DNA of 64,000 nt from a virus, in the IMG/VR virus record IMGVR_UViG_3300045988_174371, positions 160,001-224,000 of that record; one strand, given 5' to 3'. Under the pieces are notes generated by a model. It was not told the origin of the DNA, searched no databases, and saw only the letters and a program-made list of their open reading frames with translations. This document shows positions 35,703-45,230 of the stretch, one piece after another. Numbering within the stretch: position 1 is the first letter of the stretch; each line of letters opens with the position of its first letter. The translations under genes and the position numbers were made by a program.

Positions 35703-36413
35703 CTACTGGGCGGGTGATGCAGTGGGGGTTGCGGTGGCGTTTAGCGCCTGGTTAATTTGGGCAAGCATGAGCACCTGAGTCACAAGGGGGTAGCCGTCAA
35801 TCTTCCACGTCTTAGACTCGTCGTCGTATGCCATCGTGACGGTCACGTCGTGGTTAGTCTTGGTGTAGATGCTCTGGGGGATGTGGACAATTCCTCGCTC
35901 AGTAACAGCTTCAGTCGAGCTGATGACCGCTTGTTCACTGATGGGCTTGATGTTGTCCGCCCCGCCGACGGAGTTACCTATCCCAGCCGAGAGGTAAATC
36001 ATTGCAACCATAGTTGCCCGGCGAGTCTCTTCGCTACCTGATACGACAGAGTTCTTGAGGATTTCAGGAGCCCTATCGTAGTTGCCTTCGGCTACTTCAG
36101 CGGCGATTGAGTTGGGGTCTGCGGTCTGAGCAATTGCTTTGTGAATTTCGGTAAGCTTTGCGACTGCTTCCCGCTTATCTGTGTCTGCGTCATTGCCGGT
36201 GAAAGTGCGGGTGACTTTCTGCAATGTAGCCTGAGAAGTGGGCGCACCGTTGTTACTGTTGGGTGCGGGTAGGACACCACCATAGACTAGTCCTGCGAGA
36301 GTGCTTGCACCCAGGATGAATGCGAGTAGGAGGAAGCCGATGGTTCGGATGAGTGGCGGTTTTGTCGCAGTGACAGGAGTAACGTAAGGGCTGTCTTCGG
36401 TCTTGTTAGCCAT
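35703..36413 (-). CDS. membrane-anchored extracytoplasmic protein
   Basis: 236 aa. N-terminal TM IGFLLLAFILGASTLAGLVYG. Confidence 0.5.
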   Translation of the reverse strand: MANKTEDSPYVTPVTATKPPLIRTIGFLLLAFILGASTLAGLVYGGVLPAPNSNNGAPTSQATLQKVTRTFTGNDADTDKREAVAKLTEIHKAIAQTADPNSIAAEVAEGNYDRAPEILKNSVVSGSEETRRATMVAMIYLSAGIGNSVGGADNIKPISEQAVISSTEAVTERGIVHIPQSIYTKTNHDVTVTMAYDDESKTWKIDGYPLVTQVLMLAQINQALNATATPTASPAQ

Positions 36414-36729
36414 GTGGGTTAGTTTCCTTCCGTGGTCTGGTGGCTAGGGTTGTTATGAGGGGGATGAGTGTCCAACAGGTTAGGAACACTGCTCCTATTA
36501 TGACATACCTTATGTCGTAAATCTCCTGAAATGGCATGTGGGTTGGGTTCTCACCGTATGCGGACGATACAGCGAGGAGCCCGCTTGCGCGCAGGTTCTC
36601 ATAGCGCTGTGCGATATTCAGGATAATGCTGGTGACGATGATGGGAATGAAGAATAAGGCGATGATGCTTGTCAGGGCTATTTTCCCCATTCGGCGGTAT
36701 GTTTTCGGTGGCGGCTGTTGCACTCTCAT
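36406..36729 (-). CDS. small two-TM membrane protein
   Basis: 107 aa. Overlaps the downstream gene by 8 nt. Confidence 0.5.
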   Translation of the reverse strand: MRVQQPPPKTYRRMGKIALTSIIALFFIPIIVTSIILNIAQRYENLRASGLLAVSSAYGENPTHMPFQEIYDIRYVIIGAVFLTCWTLIPLITTLATRPRKETNPHG

Positions 36730-36753
36730 TTTCCCCCTCTTTCCTGGTGTTAG

Positions 36754-38118
36754 CTAGTGGCGGTTGATGCTCTCTGAGCGGCGCACCCGGTAGTTTTCCG
36801 CAAGCTTCTTCTTGTAGCTATTGGGGATGTCGCGCAGGGCAATGAGGTCTGCGGTAGCTCCGCTGGTTACAAGGGCTGAGAGGCAGTCTTCCGTCGTATT
36901 GATGTCGTCTAGCTGGATGCCGGTGTCGAGGATAGCTAGAAGCATGTCTGTTGCCGCTTCCATATCTCGAACGTTGGACTTGGCTGGGTCTAGATGATGC
37001 GTGATACGCTCTTGCCCGTTATCTTTCCAGGTGAGCTCTTCCACTGTCCGCATTTTCACCCAGTTTTCGTTGGATTCCTTGTGGCTGAGGTATTCAGCCA
37101 ATGGTATCTCCATCTGCTGAGCGAGCTCTTCGTCGGTGTACCTGTGACCTTGGGGGTTGCCGTGCTTCTGGTTAAGCTCTTTGATTGCGCGTTTTCGGTT
37201 GCGCTGGAAGTTTGCCAGTGGCGCACCTAGGATATGCGTGGGCAGGTCGTTTACCCAGTTTGGGGCTGAGGATGCTAGGTAAGCGGCATAGGGTACGCCG
37301 CCAGACTCGTTGTACTTTGCGTATCCTTCGGCGGCGATTCCCACGTAGTAGGCGGCTTGCTCTTCAGGGTTCTTCCCTAGTAGTACGTTTACTGTCTCGC
37401 GGTGGCTGGGTGAGATTAGCCCCTGCACGAACATGCCGTAGAACTCGATAAGTCCGCCGTAGAACTCTTGAGGAACGTCGGTACCTTCGCGGCGGAATAC
37501 TGGGTATGCGACGCGGACAGGTTCGGGGGCGTTGTGCGCTTCGGCAATGTCTTTCATGATGGTGTACGCGGGTTCGGGAGTTGCGGCGCGTACAACGATT
37601 CGCCCGTCTCGCCCGGTGGTAACGATGCCAATTCCGGCGAGAGCTTCTTGAAGCTCCTTATATACACCGTTCGCGTCCTTGAGCGTCAGGTTTGCGACTG
37701 GGCGTAGGGGGGCGAGCTGAAAGCCTTCCGTTTCGGTTAGTCCACCGTAGAGGCGGGTGGGTAGGTTTTTGTCGATGAGCTTTAGCCCTAGCCGTAGCTT
37801 AGGCTCATCTTTTTGTCGCTCTGTAAACCACTCTTCGATTGCTTTACCTGTCATTGCGTAGGAGCTTCCGTTTGGGGACTTGTACGCTTTTTTCTCAGCA
37901 ACGAGGCTTTCTAGCCAACTGGTAGCTTCATCCAAGATGTTCGGATTGGCTTTCAACTCCTTCTTGGTGAGGGTTGTTTCGATAAGCTTTTCTGGGGTTA
38001 TCCAGATGCCGTCGCTGACGCGGATAGCCCATCTTTCTTGGATGGGGAATGCGTAGAACTGCGCATTAGTGTAGTAGGGCTTGAGATTAACGAGGCAGTG
38101 GTTGTACTTTTCTACCAT
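36754..38118 (-). CDS. hypothetical protein (weak sigma-70 region 2/3-like stretch)
   Basis: 454 aa. ...YVGIAAEGYAKYNESGGVPYAAYLASSAPNWV...RKRAIKELNQKHGNPQGHRYTDEELAQQMEIPLAEY... The similarity is judged by eye only. Confidence 0.3.
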   Translation of the reverse strand: MVEKYNHCLVNLKPYYTNAQFYAFPIQERWAIRVSDGIWITPEKLIETTLTKKELKANPNILDEATSWLESLVAEKKAYKSPNGSSYAMTGKAIEEWFTERQKDEPKLRLGLKLIDKNLPTRLYGGLTETEGFQLAPLRPVANLTLKDANGVYKELQEALAGIGIVTTGRDGRIVVRAATPEPAYTIMKDIAEAHNAPEPVRVAYPVFRREGTDVPQEFYGGLIEFYGMFVQGLISPSHRETVNVLLGKNPEEQAAYYVGIAAEGYAKYNESGGVPYAAYLASSAPNWVNDLPTHILGAPLANFQRNRKRAIKELNQKHGNPQGHRYTDEELAQQMEIPLAEYLSHKESNENWVKMRTVEELTWKDNGQERITHHLDPAKSNVRDMEAATDMLLAILDTGIQLDDINTTEDCLSALVTSGATADLIALRDIPNSYKKKLAENYRVRRSESINRH

Positions 38119-38133
38119 TGGGATGGACGTTCC

Positions 38134-38487
38134 TTATGGGTTGAGCGGGGTGAACGTGGATAGGGTGTCTTCACTCGTGACGGAGACATTGTAGCCGCAT
38201 AGTCGAAGGTCTTCTACGATGTCTTTTAGTGCCGCGAGGCTGGCTGTTCCTCGGGGTTTCCCAGCAAGGTGGTATGGGCGGGTTATCTGCAAGGTGTCCT
38301 GCTCCTCATTGAGTGCAAGTGCGCCCAGCTCACCCAGCGGGTTTCTGGGTGCGTCTTTAAGACTCTCGATAGTGGAGAGGATGCACGCCTTGACGGTTGC
38401 GTAGGGAGTATCGTATGGGCTTGCGTGGGTAATCGCTAGGTATAGCGTGGGGGGTTCTGTATTGTTATCCATTTCATCATTATGCAA
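38134..38487 (-). CDS. hypothetical protein
   Basis: 117-aa ORF from TTG 38487; an ATG five codons later is an alternative start. Confidence 0.45.
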   Translation of the reverse strand: MHNDEMDNNTEPPTLYLAITHASPYDTPYATVKACILSTIESLKDAPRNPLGELGALALNEEQDTLQITRPYHLAGKPRGTASLAALKDIVEDLRLCGYNVSVTSEDTLSTFTPLNP

Positions 38488-38627
38488 CCGTAGTGTGGTG
38501 TACGCAACTCGTTTTAGGGAACTTTTTGCGTGACTAGCGGGGTTATTGGTGTTCAGCCTTGAATTTCCGGGGGTTCCGTTTCGAAATTTCTATCCGTCAA
38601 TGAATATTTATGCCACGAATTGTTGCA

Positions 38628-38638
38628 GTATATAGCCA
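38628..38638 (-). promoter_or_regulatory. extended -10-like motif TGGCTATATAC
   Basis: Lies in the 257-nt intergenic region, ~140 nt upstream of the 38134-38487 start. Confidence 0.3.
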
Positions 38639-38683
38639 CCTATGCAATCTTTCGCTGGGTTGATATGTGGGTTAGTTGGACAG

Positions 38684-38732
38684 AGTGTTGCCGGGCAGAG
38701 CTCCTTAGTTGGGAGTTCTGCCCGGCAACACT
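38684..38732 (-). terminator. hairpin after 38745-39725
   Basis: 21-bp stem (one G-T pair) AGTGTTGCCGGGCAGAGCTCC / GGAGTTCTGCCCGGCAACACT with a 7-nt loop. Confidence 0.5.
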
Positions 38733-38744
38733 GTTATTAGTTCT

Positions 38745-39725
38745 TTATGCGGTTGGGCTGGCTGTAGCGGCAGGCGCTACGGCGGATGAATTGTCGGTGG
38801 GGACAATCGTTCCGACCTTGGTGAAGCCTGTGTTCTGAGACTCTGCGTAGTCGCTGGATTTAAACTCTGCCCAGGTTGCCAGCAGGTATTGCTTAGTGCC
38901 GCTCTGAGAATAGAGATACCATTTGTCGTTCGACTCGACGAGCTCCATCTTAACCACGGCGGGGTGTTCCTTTTCTAGTACCGCAAAAGCCCCATCTGAC
39001 CCAACCCCATCTGCCTCCTGAATGCGGACAGTCTCTATTGAGGTGAAGTCCACTTCTACTGAGACGCGCCTGTGGGTTGTGCCGATACTGTCAATGTAAT
39101 AGGTGCCAGATGGCTCAAAGTGAACCTTCACTTCCCCTCGAACTTGGAACGTAGGCATACGTGCGTCTTCTAGGTAGGATTCTTTACTCCAACGTGAAAC
39201 TGTTTCAGCGTCGTAGTAGACGGGTGAGCCTTCCCAGATTGAACTTCTTACGCTTCGGTAAGCGTCAGCGCGTGTCCTCAAGTAGGCGTTGTAGCCGCTG
39301 TTCTTAGTTTTGACGAGGTATCGGACGTTTCGGATGGTAGCTGGAGTTAGCTTGCTGTCGTCTACGCCGAAGTTCCCGGCGGACTTCATGAATGATTCGA
39401 TGAAGTCCGAAATTTTTCGGGTGTCTTCCTCAGTTAGGGTGAATGATGCGGGTGCTGTTTCTTTCACCTTGTCTTCGGTTTTCCACGGCTGGGAGATGAA
39501 GATGGCTGGGACAGCGATAGCCGCCGCCACGCCACCCCCGAGCAGAAGCATCTCTCTGCGGGTAAGCTTCTGCTTTTTGGCAGGCTCCGTTTCAGGCTCC
39601 TGCTCCTTTTCCGCAGAGTTGTCAGGGGTGGGCGTTACGGGGACAGTATCTTTTGGGCGACCAAGGAGGCGAACGTAAGTGTTACCAGAAAGCTGGTCGT
39701 CAGCGTTGTTATTATCATTAGCCAT
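38745..39725 (-). CDS. membrane-anchored T4SS-associated protein (VirB8/TcpC-type role inferred)
   Basis: 326 aa. TM LLLGGGVAAAIAVPAIFI, then a ~250-aa exo-domain. First gene of the T4SS block. Confidence 0.3.
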   Translation of the reverse strand: MANDNNNADDQLSGNTYVRLLGRPKDTVPVTPTPDNSAEKEQEPETEPAKKQKLTRREMLLLGGGVAAAIAVPAIFISQPWKTEDKVKETAPASFTLTEEDTRKISDFIESFMKSAGNFGVDDSKLTPATIRNVRYLVKTKNSGYNAYLRTRADAYRSVRSSIWEGSPVYYDAETVSRWSKESYLEDARMPTFQVRGEVKVHFEPSGTYYIDSIGTTHRRVSVEVDFTSIETVRIQEADGVGSDGAFAVLEKEHPAVVKMELVESNDKWYLYSQSGTKQYLLATWAEFKSSDYAESQNTGFTKVGTIVPTDNSSAVAPAATASPTA

Positions 39726-39779
39726 ACGTCTATACTACCCTCCTTTTCTGTTTTTCGCTGTCTGGTTTGGGTGTGTTCA

Positions 39780-41267
39780 TTACGCCTTGTCGGTAGGGGT
39801 TCCACTATTCGCGCCCACGTATCGGTATACCTTGTACTTCTGCCCGAGCAGGTCAGTAAGGTCTTCCGACCAGCGGTATTCGATGGGGTGGATAGCGCCT
39901 ACTTCGTTGCGCCATGAGCCCTGCGCCACTGAGGGCTTGCCGTCATGGTCGCCAATGAATATGGCGGTATGACCGGCTGTGCCGCCGGGTCCACCTGCGA
40001 TGAGGATGTCGCCGGGTTGCAGGTCGGAACGTTTGCCGGTTACGTCTTTCCAGTCCGAAGACTGTGCGTAGTATTCCGCCTGTTGCCCAGTTGCACCCCA
40101 AGGAACCTTAGGGTCTACCGTGTTCTTCACGACGGTTGCGACGAAGCGGTCGCATGAGGCGTATAGGGCTTCCGCTCCAGGGCGTTCAGTGTGGGTGTCC
40201 TTGCCGCCCTTTTCTTCTGCCTTTTTCTTGGCTTCTTTGTAGGCTGGCTTTGCATTTTCTACCCCGTCGGGGTCTGCGTCGGAGACCGGGATTCGCTTTG
40301 CTTCGTCTGGCTTGTTGGAGTCCCATGCGATGCTCTTTGCGAGTTCTACGATGCCGGACATGTCTGCGCTGGATTCGCCGCCGAGGAAGCATGAGCCGCC
40401 GCCCTTGGAGAGGGAGGAGCTACCGCTAGACTTCATGCCGGGCTTGAAGTCCTTGATGAAGTCTTCACCGAAGGCGATACGGCGAGGCATGTTGGGGTGA
40501 CCTGAGCGTTCGAACTTGTTGTTGAAGATGGCGACAAGTTCAGCTACGCTCTTGGAGTCGTCTGCGAAGCCGCTTGCGATGAGGTTTGCGCCTTCGCCGC
40601 CTTCGAGCTCCTGCTTCAGGAAGTCCATCTGCGTACCAAGGTCAGACCAGTGGGAGTTATTAGCTTTGGCGAAATTTACAAGGTTGATGCGGCGGTCGCC
40701 GTCCCACTGCGCAAAACCAATAGCTTTACCGGAAACGTTACCTTGCGCAAGAATTTCGTCATTGCTCATTTTGGAGTTCAGCCCGGAGCCGCCCTGAGTG
40801 AGTTCGGAGTTGAACCCGGACTCCTGCCCAAAGTTTCCCATTAGCCCGGCTATCATTTTGGTGGTGAATGGTTTGTTTCCCCATTCACCACCGAAGGTGG
40901 TTGATGATAGCCAGGTTGCGACGTTTTGGACATTTTCGGCTGGGTCTTCGCTGTGTTTCAGCCCCGATTTGCTTTTGCCGCTGTTCTGGCTGATGCCGTA
41001 GCACCCGTCAGCATTATCATTTTTACCCCACACCTGGGCGGCTGGGATGCCGGTGACCAGGAGTAGGATGAAGAGTGCGATAATGCCTAGGATTACCCAT
41101 GTGGCTGGGTTGGTGAGGGTGGATACGGTTGCTGTGGTTGCGGCACTAACGTTCTTTGCCGTCTTGACGGCTTTCTGTGCTGTTTCTGCGGTCTTCACAG
41201 CCTTGTCTGCCACTGTTTCCCGTGCTGGGGTATTTGGCGGCTGTGTGGGTTCGTTATTGGCTGTCAT
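39780..41267 (-). CDS. two-domain cell-wall hydrolase (tail-lysozyme-like + NlpC/P60- or CHAP-like)
   Basis: 495 aa, N-terminal TM. MGNFGQESGF...IGFAQWDGDRRINL...MDFLKQELEG (phage tail-tip lysozyme-type). C-terminal CDRFV...GDILIAGGPGGTAGHTAIFIG (Cys/His peptidase). Confidence 0.7.
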   Translation of the reverse strand: MTANNEPTQPPNTPARETVADKAVKTAETAQKAVKTAKNVSAATTATVSTLTNPATWVILGIIALFILLLVTGIPAAQVWGKNDNADGCYGISQNSGKSKSGLKHSEDPAENVQNVATWLSSTTFGGEWGNKPFTTKMIAGLMGNFGQESGFNSELTQGGSGLNSKMSNDEILAQGNVSGKAIGFAQWDGDRRINLVNFAKANNSHWSDLGTQMDFLKQELEGGEGANLIASGFADDSKSVAELVAIFNNKFERSGHPNMPRRIAFGEDFIKDFKPGMKSSGSSSLSKGGGSCFLGGESSADMSGIVELAKSIAWDSNKPDEAKRIPVSDADPDGVENAKPAYKEAKKKAEEKGGKDTHTERPGAEALYASCDRFVATVVKNTVDPKVPWGATGQQAEYYAQSSDWKDVTGKRSDLQPGDILIAGGPGGTAGHTAIFIGDHDGKPSVAQGSWRNEVGAIHPIEYRWSEDLTDLLGQKYKVYRYVGANSGTPTDKA

Positions 41268-44200
41268 CTACCCTCCTAGTGGGTGTCTCGTTTTTAGGTG
41301 GCGTGTTGATGGGGCTTCCCTGCGGTTGGCGGATTGGTTGAGGCGCTTTTTTGAAGAACTTCTTGCCGCCGGTAGCTGGTTCTGCCTGATTGTTGAGGGG
41401 GTTTCTGCGGGGTTGCGCCTCCTGAGCTTTCTTAGGGCTTGGTGTGACGGTGGGGATGGGTGCAGTTTTCGCCTCAGCAGGAACAGGCTTGGGGACTTCC
41501 ACCTTCGGCTTTTCGGGCTGAGGTGGTGCCTGTTTTGTCTCAGTCTTTGCCGTGGGGTTGGGGGTTACCTCTGTTTTCGCTGACGGGGTGCCTGCTGGCT
41601 TAGGTGCCGCTACCGGCTTTTGGGCGGTGGCGGGTGCCTGCTGGTCGTTTGCGGTAGTTGGAGGTACTTCCTTTTTCACGGGTGGCTGAGGTTTCGGTAG
41701 AGTGTTTCCTTCCTGTTTGTTTAGCGGCGGGGTTGCGGGCTTGGGCTGAGTTGCCTGTGGTTGAGGCTGTTCAGTTTTCGGCTCGGAGTTTCCGCTGTTG
41801 GGGTTGGTGCTATTACCCAGCTTTTGTTCGAATTTCGGCTGGATGGGCGGGGTGAACGTGCGGACAGGTTCCTCAGTCTGCTGTTGTGAGCCTGTTGAGT
41901 TGTCGGTGTGGGTGGATTGGTTTCCGGGGTTGCCGTCGTTGCCTTGATGAGTCAGAGGGTTCTTTGGAAGGTTGCTAAATGCTTCATCCCACTCGTCGTT
42001 TTCCTGCTGTCGGCGGCGTTCTTCCTCCTCACGTTTACGACGCTCTTCCTCTTCCTTCTTACGACGTTCCTCCTCTTCGCGCTTGCGGCGCTCTTCCTCC
42101 TTAAGACGCTCTTGTTCATCGAGCAGGCGTTGCTTGTGCTCTTCAGGTGTGGATAGGGTTTGGAGCGGCGTTTCGAGGCGGTTAAGCTGAGGCATCTTGA
42201 GAGCCAGACCTTCGCGCTCTTCGATTTCGTTCTCTGCCAAGTATTTCTTGATAGCGGCATTTTCTGCCTTGTCGAGGAACGCGAGAGCTTCAGCCTTGCC
42301 CATCTTCTTCACCTCAGGGTTGTTCTGAGCCAGAGCGCGGGCGCGCTGACCTGCAAGCTGTGCCTGCTCCTGGTGTTCCTTCTCCAACAGACCGTCAAGC
42401 GACTTGTTGGCGTTGGTGGATGCGCGGTAGGTTTCCATACCTGCCTGGGTTGCTTGCAAATCGAGGGCGCGTGCCTGTGCGAACTCGTCTTCGATAGCGG
42501 ATTTGTTCTTTGCCAGTAGCGGGTCTGCTTGGAAGAGGCGGTTGAGCTCTTCGCCGTATGCATTGCGCTGTTCCATAGTGAGGCTTTCCTCGTACATGCC
42601 CTTGAGGGCGCGTGCCTGGTTGTATTCGGCGCGTGCCTGCGTTGCGGCATATTCGTCGCCAACAACTTCAGCGAGTTTACGCTTGTGGCTGGCGGTTTGC
42701 ATTGCCTGCTCTGCACGGAAGATGTCTGCGAAGGTTTCGCGGTAGAAGCGGTCGGTGCCGTCGCCGCTGTTAGCAAATTCGAGTACCAAACGCTGAACGT
42801 TCTCGGTGGTTCGGCGCATGGTGTTTGCGGCGTTGTTTGCGTTGGACGCGACAACTTGTTCGAGGTTTGCTTGTGCGGTGGTGGCGTTCTGACCGTACTG
42901 GACGGTGTTGGATGCGAGTTCTCGGTCGCTCCTGACGTTTTCCATCTCGCTCTTCTTCGCGGTTTCGTAGCGCTGTAGCTCTTCCATCTTTTCAGCTTCG
43001 AGCTTGCGGCGCGTGCTGAGGGCGACTGCCGCCATGCTGTTAGGCTTCTTGCTGAGGATGCTCTGCTCTGCGGCAAGCTTACCTGCGTCTTGCATGTTCT
43101 CGCGGACTGCGCGGAGGAAGCCGGAACGTTCACCTGCTTCGTTCACGTGGTTGCGGTTGCGCCATGCGCTACGGAAGTTAGCGCCACTGACGGCACCCAC
43201 GACGCTGTTGCGGAGGGTGTTAGCAGAGTTGGAGCGGTCGAGAACGTTGCCGATGGCGTTACCGACGTAGTTGTTGCTGAACGGGTTTGACCTTTCTGCT
43301 AGGGTGAGAATCTGACGGCGTTGCTTCCAGAGTGCGGCGGCAACGATAATGTTGAAGACCATGACGAGTGCAAGGTCTGCTACAGTATCGATGATTGCCG
43401 ATAGGATAATGACACCGACCGCGAGGAGGGTGCTGTATAGAATGAAGCTGAGGATTGCGCCCAGCATGAAGCCGCCATAGCGCTTTGCGATGGACAGACC
43501 TCTCTGCTTATCCAGCAGGCAGAGCATGATGAACGGCAGGAGAATCATCATGAGTACGACGGTGAACAGCTGAATAATAGATGCGATTGAGAATAGGAGC
43601 ATCACAATAGCGATGGGCACAAAGGAGAGCATGGCGACGGTGGTCACCATGAATCGGTTGCTTGCGGAAGTCCAGCTGTATGACCAGTTGTCCCACAGCC
43701 TGTCGTCTGCGTGGGCTACAGCAACGACGTTGTACCAGCGGGGGTCTACGCCGTGCTTGCGTTCGTTCGCCTTGTCGCCTAGTTGCGCGTCAGTCTGTAG
43801 GTACATCTGATATGCGGCTAGGTTGCAGACCTTATGGTTACTTTCCTCTAGCTTGAGGGTCTTGTTGCGGTGCTCTGCGGGGGTGCCTACTACCTTAAGG
43901 GGTACACAGAAGGTGTTGGGGTCTACTTCAGCCTTCTTGATGATTTCTGCCATTGCTGGGTCTTTTACGTCCAGCTGTGCGAAGGGTCGCCCAAATTGGG
44001 CGCGGGCGTAGGGGTCTAGCCTTACGACGCGCCAAATGGTGCAGGTCATGGAGTTAATGCTGAGGACAGTCTTCTCGGAGTTGCTGAGGTTGTCAGCGGT
44101 AGACTTACAGATGGCGGATGCGCTGGAGGTGTTTCCATCTTTGCTTGCGCCTGTTTCTTCGTTGCCTGCGCTGGTGCTGATGCTCATTGCCGCGCCACCC

Positions 44201-45117
44201 ATTTCCTGCATGACCTTGATGGGTAGGCTGGTGAACATGCCTGCGTTCATGAGGATTGCGAAGCCTGCCAGACCTGCACCTACAACGTAGAGGGCGTTGA
44301 TAGCGCCGCGCATGAGGCTCTTGTTCTTAAAGCCGAAGAAGTAAATACCTACTAGGATGATGATAAGCGCAATGGGGCCTACAAAGGGGTAATAGGCGCT
44401 GTTGGTGACCGCCCCTATAAGGCCCTTGTCATCCTTGCCGTCACCTGAGACTAGCTTGGTGACGTTGAATACACAGTCTTTGTCCTTGGGGTCAGAGCAC
44501 ACAGTGTGCGGGTTGAATGCGGCGGTTACGAAGTTCTGCGTCAGGTCGTATGCAAGACCAGTTACACCGTTGAGAGTGTCCGCGATACCGTTAAGTGCGC
44601 CGCCCACGAGGATAGTGCCCACTGAGCGTAGCTTAGTGAGCTTTTCGGAGTCTTTATTGATGGTTTTGGGTGCGCCTTCCATACGGTTGGGGTCGGCGGC
44701 TACCACGCCGTCTTCACCTTCGCCTTCACCTTCGTAGTTGGTGAATTTAATGTTGCCACCTACGGCTTCTTTAAGGGTGAAAATACGTCCTGTCTTGTCT
44801 TGCAGTGGTATGTTACTGAAGCTGTTTTCCCAGGCGTTTGGGTTATTCATGCCATGCCCGAGGTTTTGGGCTCCACCAAAGATGCCGATACCGCCTGCGC
44901 GGGCGGTTTCGGTGATGGTGATGGCGGGGCTTGAGCTACCGCTGGGTATGGTGACGCTCTTGGTAGTATTTGAGCCGCCGGTGGCTAGGTATATGGTCAG
45001 CAGGAGAAGCGATATGATGGCGGCAATGAGCGCCGCCGGGGTGTATCGGCGGCGTTCTTTCGTGGCTCCCTCATCTGGTGTTGGAGCTGAGCTGAGTGAT
45101 GTCTTGTTGAGTGCCAT
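41254..45117 (-). CDS. giant polytopic VirB6/TrbL-like T4SS membrane protein (paralog 3) with coiled-coil and P-rich tail
   Basis: 1287 aa. MTCTIWRVVRLDPYARAQFG and AAYQMYL modules shared with the other two paralogs. TM clusters. EERRK repeats. ~200-aa P/Q/T/K-rich C-terminus. Confidence 0.55.
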   Translation of the reverse strand: MALNKTSLSSAPTPDEGATKERRRYTPAALIAAIISLLLLTIYLATGGSNTTKSVTIPSGSSSPAITITETARAGGIGIFGGAQNLGHGMNNPNAWENSFSNIPLQDKTGRIFTLKEAVGGNIKFTNYEGEGEGEDGVVAADPNRMEGAPKTINKDSEKLTKLRSVGTILVGGALNGIADTLNGVTGLAYDLTQNFVTAAFNPHTVCSDPKDKDCVFNVTKLVSGDGKDDKGLIGAVTNSAYYPFVGPIALIIILVGIYFFGFKNKSLMRGAINALYVVGAGLAGFAILMNAGMFTSLPIKVMQEMGGAAMSISTSAGNEETGASKDGNTSSASAICKSTADNLSNSEKTVLSINSMTCTIWRVVRLDPYARAQFGRPFAQLDVKDPAMAEIIKKAEVDPNTFCVPLKVVGTPAEHRNKTLKLEESNHKVCNLAAYQMYLQTDAQLGDKANERKHGVDPRWYNVVAVAHADDRLWDNWSYSWTSASNRFMVTTVAMLSFVPIAIVMLLFSIASIIQLFTVVLMMILLPFIMLCLLDKQRGLSIAKRYGGFMLGAILSFILYSTLLAVGVIILSAIIDTVADLALVMVFNIIVAAALWKQRRQILTLAERSNPFSNNYVGNAIGNVLDRSNSANTLRNSVVGAVSGANFRSAWRNRNHVNEAGERSGFLRAVRENMQDAGKLAAEQSILSKKPNSMAAVALSTRRKLEAEKMEELQRYETAKKSEMENVRSDRELASNTVQYGQNATTAQANLEQVVASNANNAANTMRRTTENVQRLVLEFANSGDGTDRFYRETFADIFRAEQAMQTASHKRKLAEVVGDEYAATQARAEYNQARALKGMYEESLTMEQRNAYGEELNRLFQADPLLAKNKSAIEDEFAQARALDLQATQAGMETYRASTNANKSLDGLLEKEHQEQAQLAGQRARALAQNNPEVKKMGKAEALAFLDKAENAAIKKYLAENEIEEREGLALKMPQLNRLETPLQTLSTPEEHKQRLLDEQERLKEEERRKREEEERRKKEEEERRKREEEERRRQQENDEWDEAFSNLPKNPLTHQGNDGNPGNQSTHTDNSTGSQQQTEEPVRTFTPPIQPKFEQKLGNSTNPNSGNSEPKTEQPQPQATQPKPATPPLNKQEGNTLPKPQPPVKKEVPPTTANDQQAPATAQKPVAAPKPAGTPSAKTEVTPNPTAKTETKQAPPQPEKPKVEVPKPVPAEAKTAPIPTVTPSPKKAQEAQPRRNPLNNQAEPATGGKKFFKKAPQPIRQPQGSPINTPPKNETPTRRVDDSQ
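42008..42112 (-). repeat. imperfect tandem coding repeats (EEEERRK units)
   Basis: Encodes KEEERRKREEEERRKKEEEERRKREEEERRR. The DNA shows reiterated CTCTTCCTC / ACGACG units. Confidence 0.5.
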
Positions 45118-45166
45118 TCGCTTCTCCGGGCTTATGTGGTGTGGACGTATTTTTGGGTTCTTTAGG

Positions 45167-45220
45167 TTATAGCAGAAGCACTGGAATCTACCGGCGTTTC
45201 GGGTGGATTCCAGTGCTTCT
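45167..45220 (-). promoter_or_regulatory. terminator hairpin fused to extended -10-like motif
   Basis: 15-bp stem AGAAGCACTGGAATC / GATTCCAGTGCTTCT (45174-45188, 45206-45220). Minus strand continues TTCTGCTATAAC, ~50 nt before ATG 45117. Confidence 0.5.
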
Positions 45221-45230
45221 TAGAAGGGAG

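Noticed and set aside
42309-43133. 274-aa alternative-frame ORF inside 41254-45117, and similar long shadow ORFs (4733-5578, 27883-28557, 30384-30914, 41047-41583, 50371-50922)
   Set aside because: All overlap longer ORFs with recognisable motifs or TM architecture. Their products are S/R/A/P-rich low complexity typical of shadow frames.
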